In this document: piece after piece, positions 58,598-64,000 of the stretch
Layout: every line of letters begins with the position of its first letter
Numbering within the stretch: position 1 is the first letter of the stretch
Source of the DNA: OCS116 cluster bacterium AG-390-I16
Lineage (GTDB): Bacteria; Pseudomonadota; Alphaproteobacteria; MED-G09
NCBI GenBank assembly: GCA_003279705.1
Contig: QCGZ01000003.1
Coordinates: 6,932 to 70,931 of the forward strand
DNA: 64,000 bases
Direction of reading: 5' to 3'
Program-made: the position numbers and the translations under genes
The notes under the pieces: generated by a model
Told to the model about the DNA's origin: nothing
Seen by the model: only the letters and a program-made list of their open reading frames with translations
The model's database searches: none

Positions 58598-58732
58598 TAT
58601 GGTTATTAATTATTATGTTTCAAGTATCATTTAATAACTAATAAATTTAATTAGAACATCTACTACAAATATATAATATATATATAATGATTAGCTTATA
58701 ACAGATTCTGGAATCTTATGGTTATTAATTAT
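58598..58732 (+). repeat. 16-bp exact direct repeat TATGGTTATTAATTAT (58598-58613 and 58717-58732), second copy containing the start codon of the TPR-oxygenase gene
   Basis: Two identical 16-mers 119 bp apart. The first copy opens an 11-codon uORF (MVINYYVSSII*) with the same first five codons as the downstream gene (MVINY). Confidence 0.6.
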
Positions 58733-60064
58733 ACAAAAAAAATTAAAGAACTTATTGAAAGCAATAACAAAGATGAGGCAATTATCTTGGTTGAGCATCA
58801 AATAGAATTAGAGCCTCTAAATATAAGGAATTATTTAATATTAGGTCAAATTTTTAATTCCAAAAAAGATTTTTCTAAAGCTGAAATAAATTTTGAAAAA
58901 GCATATAAAATTGATCCTAACAATAAAGAGGTGTTTAGAAATTTAACTTATTTTTACTCATCTTATGCAAGCAATTTAAAGGATAAAGGTGAATTTTTAA
59001 AAGCAATCAAATATCATAAAAAACTAGCAAAAATTGATCAATTAAATAGTGCGGCTCATTTATCAAATATTGGCGCAAATTATAGATATTTGGAGGAATT
59101 AGACAAAGCATTAGAATATTATAATAAATCGCTAAAATTAAATAAATCTTATTTGTTGGGATATCTTAATTTATCTGAAATATATAAACTAAAGAATAAT
59201 CATCAGAAATTTTATGAGACAACCAGGCATATGATTGATGTATTCAAAGAGTCACCAAAATCATTTACTGGGGTATTAGATAAAACAATAATTAAAAAAG
59301 GATATACATCTTATCTTGAAACTTTGTATTTATTAAATAAAAAAGATGAATACCAAAAAGTTTTAAATGAAGTAATTAATTATGATACTTCAATTATAAC
59401 TGTTGCAGCATTAGATACTTTTGTTTCCAATCAATTTGGTATTAAGCCCCAATACCCCTATTGCTATGAGCCAATTTCTTTTATTCATTTTGACAATATA
59501 TACAAAGATAGTTCGTTAAATGAAAATTTATTTATTAAATCTATTAAAGACGATTTATTAAAATTTGAATTTATATACGATAAGACAGGAAAGGCTACAA
59601 AAGGGGGTGAGCAAACTAATTCCAATCTTCTCAAAAATGCCGATGGAAATCTTTTAATTCTTAAAAATATTATTGTTGAGAAGATAAAAGATTATAGAAA
59701 TAAAATTAAAAAAGAAAATTGTCATTTTGCAAAAAAATGGCCTAAACGTTTTACTCTAAAAGCTTGGTGTGTAAAATATGATGGTGGCAAACAAGTAAGT
59801 CATAATCACCCAGACGGATGGTTAAGCGGTGTATTTTATTTAAATGTACCAAAGAATCTGAAAAAAAATGAGGGAGCAATAAAATTTAGTATTCATGGAT
59901 TAAATTATAAAATAATTTCACATAGCTATAGTGAAAAAATTCATAATCCTAGCAATGGAGATATTGTTTTATTTCCTTCTTCCTTATTTCATGAAACATT
60001 TCCTTATAAAGCAGATGATAAAAGAATTGTTATAGCTTTTGATCTTAAGCCATACGAGGTATAG
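58718..60064 (+). CDS. TPR-repeat protein fused to a putative 2OG-Fe(II) oxygenase domain (TIGR02466 / 2OG-FeII_Oxy_5-like)
   Basis: N-terminal TPRs (AEINFEKAYKIDPNNKEVFRNL...). The C-terminus has the HxD...H facial-triad candidates HNHPDGW and LFHETFPY. Confidence 0.7.
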   Translation: MVINYTKKIKELIESNNKDEAIILVEHQIELEPLNIRNYLILGQIFNSKKDFSKAEINFEKAYKIDPNNKEVFRNLTYFYSSYASNLKDKGEFLKAIKYHKKLAKIDQLNSAAHLSNIGANYRYLEELDKALEYYNKSLKLNKSYLLGYLNLSEIYKLKNNHQKFYETTRHMIDVFKESPKSFTGVLDKTIIKKGYTSYLETLYLLNKKDEYQKVLNEVINYDTSIITVAALDTFVSNQFGIKPQYPYCYEPISFIHFDNIYKDSSLNENLFIKSIKDDLLKFEFIYDKTGKATKGGEQTNSNLLKNADGNLLILKNIIVEKIKDYRNKIKKENCHFAKKWPKRFTLKAWCVKYDGGKQVSHNHPDGWLSGVFYLNVPKNLKKNEGAIKFSIHGLNYKIISHSYSEKIHNPSNGDIVLFPSSLFHETFPYKADDKRIVIAFDLKPYEV

Positions 60065-60800
60065 TAAATTGGAAAAACAAAGAAAAGAAATTGTTAAATT
60101 TCTAAAAGCCAATGATATTAATAAACTAATTATTCTTAGTGATAAATATATTGAGAGTTTTCCAGATGATTATTTTGGCTGGAATATATTAGGCTTAATT
60201 AATGAAAAAAAAGAAAATTTTAATGAGGCTCTTAATTATTATACAAAGGCTGAAAAATTAAACAATGATCAATTAAATGTTAAAATTAATATATCACGAG
60301 TTTTTTTAAGGCTATCAGAAATCGATAATGCAATTAATATATTAGGAGATGTTCTTTTGCTGGATAAGAAAAATATCCATGCATATGATTTATTATCGCA
60401 AATTTATTATGTTCAAAAAAATTATAAACAAACGATTAAAGTTTTGTCTAAAGCTATTGAGGTAGAGAAAAATAATACCAGCTTTCTTATAAGAATTGGT
60501 ACTTCTTATCTGGCTTTAAAACAATTTGATAAAGCCAAATCCTGCTTTGAAACCTTAACAAGTCTTCAACCAGATATTTCTAGTAATCATTATTATTTAG
60601 GAGGCGCGAACTATAATCTAGGCAGAATGAAAGATGCAGTTAAGTCTTATGCAAAATCTCTAGAAATTGAATCAGATGCTATTTCTCTCTTTGCCTTGAA
60701 TCAGTCATTTAAAGATTCAAATTTAAAGTATGAAGATTTAAAAAGTGAAATAGATATTTTTAATTCATCAATACAAGATACTGTTATAATTGAAAATTAG
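60039..60800 (+). CDS. TPR-repeat protein
   Basis: Repeated AxxYYxKAxxLxP-type TPR units. The start is uncertain (TTG at 60039 or 60069) and overlaps the upstream gene's end. Confidence 0.6.
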   Translation: MILSHTRYSKLEKQRKEIVKFLKANDINKLIILSDKYIESFPDDYFGWNILGLINEKKENFNEALNYYTKAEKLNNDQLNVKINISRVFLRLSEIDNAINILGDVLLLDKKNIHAYDLLSQIYYVQKNYKQTIKVLSKAIEVEKNNTSFLIRIGTSYLALKQFDKAKSCFETLTSLQPDISSNHYYLGGANYNLGRMKDAVKSYAKSLEIESDAISLFALNQSFKDSNLKYEDLKSEIDIFNSSIQDTVIIEN

Positions 60801-62482
60801 TTTTTAGATAGATTAACTAAAAAATTTTCAATTACTAAGTAATCTGCTTCTGAGTTTAGGGCATAATTAATCGCATCATCTGGCTTTTCACAAATTGGCT
60901 CACCTGGACGATTAAGAGATGTATTTAAACAAACAGGAATTCCTTTTATTTTCTTTATTTTTAAAAGAATGTCATAAACAATTCCATTATCTCTATTTAC
61001 TGTTTGTGGTCTTGATGTTCCGTCAACGTGTGTAATAGCTGGAAGTTTATTATTTAATACTTTTGAATCAAATAGCATAAATGGAGATTTAAATTTCAAA
61101 TCAAAATATTTTTCATAATCATTTTCTAAAACAATAGGAGCATAAGGTCTATAAGGTTCTCTTAATTTAATTTCTGTATCTAATTTAGATTTTGTTAAAG
61201 GATCAAATGCATTGGCTAAAATACTTCTATGTCCTAATGCTCTAGGTCCAAATTCAGATCTACCATAAGATAACATAATAACTTTAGAATTAACTATTTC
61301 ATTAGCTATGAACTCTGATAAATCATCATTATTAAGGACTTTGAAATTTAATTCTTTTTCAATAAGACTTTTTTCTACTTCTTCATAAGTATACTTTTTG
61401 CCGTAATAATCTGTTGGATTTTCAGTTATATTTCTTTTTTGTAATTTTCTAAAAATTGCAGAGGCTGCACCTATTGAAGTCCCATTGTCTTCTGTAGAAC
61501 CATTAATTATGATCTTTTTATTTGGAAAATTTTTAGCAATTTCAGTATTTAATTTAATATTAAGCATTACACCGCCTGATAAATATATGGCTTTATCTTT
61601 CTCAGAAATGAATTTATTTATAAGTGAAATCACATAGTCATTTGTATCTTTTTGGATAATATCAGCTAAAAATGAAATATCAGTTGGTTTATTTTTTTTT
61701 GCTTTAATCTTCTTTATTTCAGTATTTAAAAAATCAACGTTAATAATAGGCTTAAAATCTCTATCAAATTCTAAAAATTTTTTTTCAATTTTTTCTTTAT
61801 TAAAACCAATAAGTCCCATTACTTTTCCAGCTTGATTTCCATTTTGAAATATTAAATTCGATACTATTTCCCATATATGCCCAATTGAATGAAAATAAGA
61901 TCTAATATTATCTGTAAAATCAATAACTTTTGTATTTGAGCTTAGAACTTTGAATTTTGCTGATAATTTGTTTTGCTTATATTTATAGATTGACACTGTT
62001 TCTTTAGTATAACCAAGCTTATGATTATCATTATTTTTATATATATCCTCTAGATCATTATAGTCATTTTTTTTGATCTCATTACCATATGAGCCACTTC
62101 CATCAATAACACAAACCGTACCATTCTCATTATTTCCATAGTGAATTATATATTCAGCATGAGCTAAATGATGTGAAACACTTTTTACAGAAATTCTCTT
62201 TTTAGGGGATATTCCATTTATCCATTCTATGCATTTTTCTTTCAGGTCTTTTAAAGCCCATGGAGTTGAAAATGTTATATAGTCAATATCTTCAATTTTT
62301 ACTTTAGAATATGAAAGACAATAATCTAAACATAAATTTAGTGCAGTCTGATTTTTATCTAAATCAAGTGCCTGCCTTTTTACTCTAGTTAATCTCTCAG
62401 CTTGAATTGCAACAATTACTTTACCATCTTTTAAGAGGCAAACTGATCCATTATGAGAAAATGAAATACCTATAATTATCAT
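60797..62482 (-). CDS. carbamoyltransferase, NodU/CmcH/NovN family
   Basis: N-terminal MIIIGISFSHNGSVCLLKDGKVIVAIQAERLTR (ASKHA-like Carbam_trans_N) and a C-terminal carbamoyltransferase region. 561 aa. Confidence 0.85.
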   Translation of the reverse strand: MIIIGISFSHNGSVCLLKDGKVIVAIQAERLTRVKRQALDLDKNQTALNLCLDYCLSYSKVKIEDIDYITFSTPWALKDLKEKCIEWINGISPKKRISVKSVSHHLAHAEYIIHYGNNENGTVCVIDGSGSYGNEIKKNDYNDLEDIYKNNDNHKLGYTKETVSIYKYKQNKLSAKFKVLSSNTKVIDFTDNIRSYFHSIGHIWEIVSNLIFQNGNQAGKVMGLIGFNKEKIEKKFLEFDRDFKPIINVDFLNTEIKKIKAKKNKPTDISFLADIIQKDTNDYVISLINKFISEKDKAIYLSGGVMLNIKLNTEIAKNFPNKKIIINGSTEDNGTSIGAASAIFRKLQKRNITENPTDYYGKKYTYEEVEKSLIEKELNFKVLNNDDLSEFIANEIVNSKVIMLSYGRSEFGPRALGHRSILANAFDPLTKSKLDTEIKLREPYRPYAPIVLENDYEKYFDLKFKSPFMLFDSKVLNNKLPAITHVDGTSRPQTVNRDNGIVYDILLKIKKIKGIPVCLNTSLNRPGEPICEKPDDAINYALNSEADYLVIENFLVNLSKN

Positions 62483-62545
62483 AAAATTTATTATATAAGA
62501 TAAATAAATTACTAAAATCTATAAAATAAAATATATTCAAAAATA

Positions 62546-64000
62546 ATGAAAAAGCAATTAACCAAATTAGAAGTATATAAAAAAGCTGTAAAGTTTTTTG
62601 AAAATGGGGAGTATGAACAAGCTGAAGATTTGTACAATAAAATCTTAGAAAAAGACCCATCATATGCAAGTGCCTTGCACGGTAAGGGCGTTTTACTAAG
62701 ATCAAGAAATGAATTTCAAAACTCATTAAAATATATAAAAAAAGCCTTAGAAATAAACCCTAGTCATTTGCAATTTTGGATAACCCTTAGTGATACTTAC
62801 TACGGCTTAAATGAATTTGAATTAGCATTAGAAGTTATTGAAAAAGCTAAACTTTTTGGTCATAAAGGTAAAAAAATTGATACTATATTCAATTTAATTA
62901 ATGATAAATTAAATGAAGATCCTCTTAATGAATTTAATTTTAAAATACCCAATGAAAAAAACTTAAAAGTTGAAGAAGCATTTAAAATTGCAAATGATAG
63001 TTATGAAAAAAATCACAATAAAACAATTGCTTATGCAGATTTTGTTTTAAAAAAAGATCCTAATAACTTGATGATGATTAAAGCAAAAACAAATACTTTA
63101 GCTTTTTTAAAACAATATGATCTTGTTATTAAAATTTTATCCAATTTTATTGATAGAGGCTTTGGTGATAATGAAATAATAAATAATCTTGGTTCTTGTT
63201 ATCAACAAAAGGGAAATTATAAAAAGGCTATAGAGCAATTTAAAATATCTCTTGAGATGTTAGAAAATTCAAATGTAAGAGATAATTTGGGTGTATCTTT
63301 AATGGAGATCGGAAATATCGAAGAAGGAATTAATGAAATTAAAAATGCCATTAATTCACAGCCTAGTAATATTGTGTTTCGTCAACATTTGATTGAAGCA
63401 TATATGAGAGATAAAAATTTTCTAGGAGCAATGCAAGAGTGTAAAACAACTTTAAAATACGATATTAATAATAAAACAATATTATCTTATTATAGAAATT
63501 TATTTTCAATAAATAAGACAAATGATAAAAAAAAATATGATGCTTTTGATGAAAAAATTTGTAATTTCTTGCTCGAGGAAGATCCTAATTTTACATCAGT
63601 ACCTTTTGAACTGCTTTTAGCTAAAATTCCGAATGAGTTAAAAAAATTTGAAAAAAGAAATAAAGAAAGAGTTGAAGAAAAAATATATTCTTCAAAAAAA
63701 GTAATTCAATTTTTAAATGACAAAACCTTATTATTACTTCTTAAAAAATCTTTTTGCTCAAATGATAGATTAGAAAAAATTTTGACTATGGTTAGATTTG
63801 ATTTTTTAAACATTGCATTAAAAGGTTACAGCAACCATCTCAATTTTGAAGATTTTAATGATTTAATAAGATCAGTTTCAGTCCAGTGTTACAATAATGA
63901 GTATTTGTGGAATATCTCTGAAAAAGAATATTTGCAAATTGAAGAGTTAAATAAAAAATTTAATGAAAATGACGATAACAAATTTTTTAATCTTTATTTA
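62546..64000 (+). CDS. TPR-repeat protein, 3-prime truncated at window edge
   Basis: ATG at 62546 (MKKQLTKLEVYKKAVKFFENGEYEQAEDLYNKILEKDPSYASALHGKG...). The frame is open for 485 codons to the window end. It is absent from the ORF track only because it has no stop in the window. Confidence 0.65.
   Translation, partial: MKKQLTKLEVYKKAVKFFENGEYEQAEDLYNKILEKDPSYASALHGKGVLLRSRNEFQNSLKYIKKALEINPSHLQFWITLSDTYYGLNEFELALEVIEKAKLFGHKGKKIDTIFNLINDKLNEDPLNEFNFKIPNEKNLKVEEAFKIANDSYEKNHNKTIAYADFVLKKDPNNLMMIKAKTNTLAFLKQYDLVIKILSNFIDRGFGDNEIINNLGSCYQQKGNYKKAIEQFKISLEMLENSNVRDNLGVSLMEIGNIEEGINEIKNAINSQPSNIVFRQHLIEAYMRDKNFLGAMQECKTTLKYDINNKTILSYYRNLFSINKTNDKKKYDAFDEKICNFLLEEDPNFTSVPFELLLAKIPNELKKFEKRNKERVEEKIYSSKKVIQFLNDKTLLLLLKKSFCSNDRLEKILTMVRFDFLNIALKGYSNHLNFEDFNDLIRSVSVQCYNNEYLWNISEKEYLQIEELNKKFNENDDNKFFNLYL

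Noticed and set aside
62451-62726. 91-aa minus-strand ORF overlapping the start of the last TPR gene
   Set aside because: AT-rich low-complexity translation overlapping a better-supported plus-strand TPR gene (ATG 62546, open to window end) and the carbamoyltransferase start region.
1-64000. CRISPR arrays, tRNA/rRNA genes, transposases/integrases, toxin-antitoxin or restriction-modification genes
   Set aside because: None found. No spaced direct-repeat arrays, no cloverleaf-capable conserved tRNA sequences in the short AT-rich spacers, and no transposase/integrase-like translations in any frame. The island character of the 40-64 kb segment rests on gene content only.

Overview
This is a 64 kb, very AT-rich (low-GC) bacterial chromosomal window with small intergenic spacers, a marine-oligotroph-like proteobacterial style. 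No organism assignment is made. The first ~40 kb is core or semi-core metabolism. It begins with a 5-prime-truncated OAH/OAS sulfhydrylase-family PLP enzyme. It then holds an unusually dense set of fatty-acid/lipid catabolism genes (three crotonases, thiolase, FadB/FadJ-type multifunctional enzyme, MaoC dehydratase, acyl-CoA carboxylase beta, two paralogous MDR NADPH oxidoreductases, carboxylesterase, alpha/beta hydrolase, haloalkane dehalogenase). It also holds class I ribonucleotide reductase nrdAB (NrdA without an ATP-cone), glutamate synthase gltBD, a MoxR/VWA pair, a TonB-dependent receptor, KpsF/Ugd, MsrA, a PfkB kinase, MFS and POT transporters, and a subtilisin-type lipoprotein with a beta-barrel-like C-terminus. 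The last ~24 kb (40.3 kb to the window edge) looks like a cell-surface / secretome modification island. Reading along it: (1) a nucleotidyltransferase-APS kinase fusion (PAPS supply); (2) a tandem-repeat lipoprotein; (3) a 1605-aa Thr/Gly/Ala-rich protein with RTX-like GGxGxD motifs and no signal peptide (T1SS-substrate/S-layer-like); (4) a convergent minus-strand operon encoding a small protein, TolC, a PrtD-type ABC exporter and an HlyD MFP, followed without gaps by three tandem TPR-sulfotransferase paralogues. Further TPR-tethered enzymes (2OG-Fe(II) oxygenase, NodU-type carbamoyltransferase) and TPR proteins continue to the window edge. No rRNA, tRNA, CRISPR or obvious transposase was seen.
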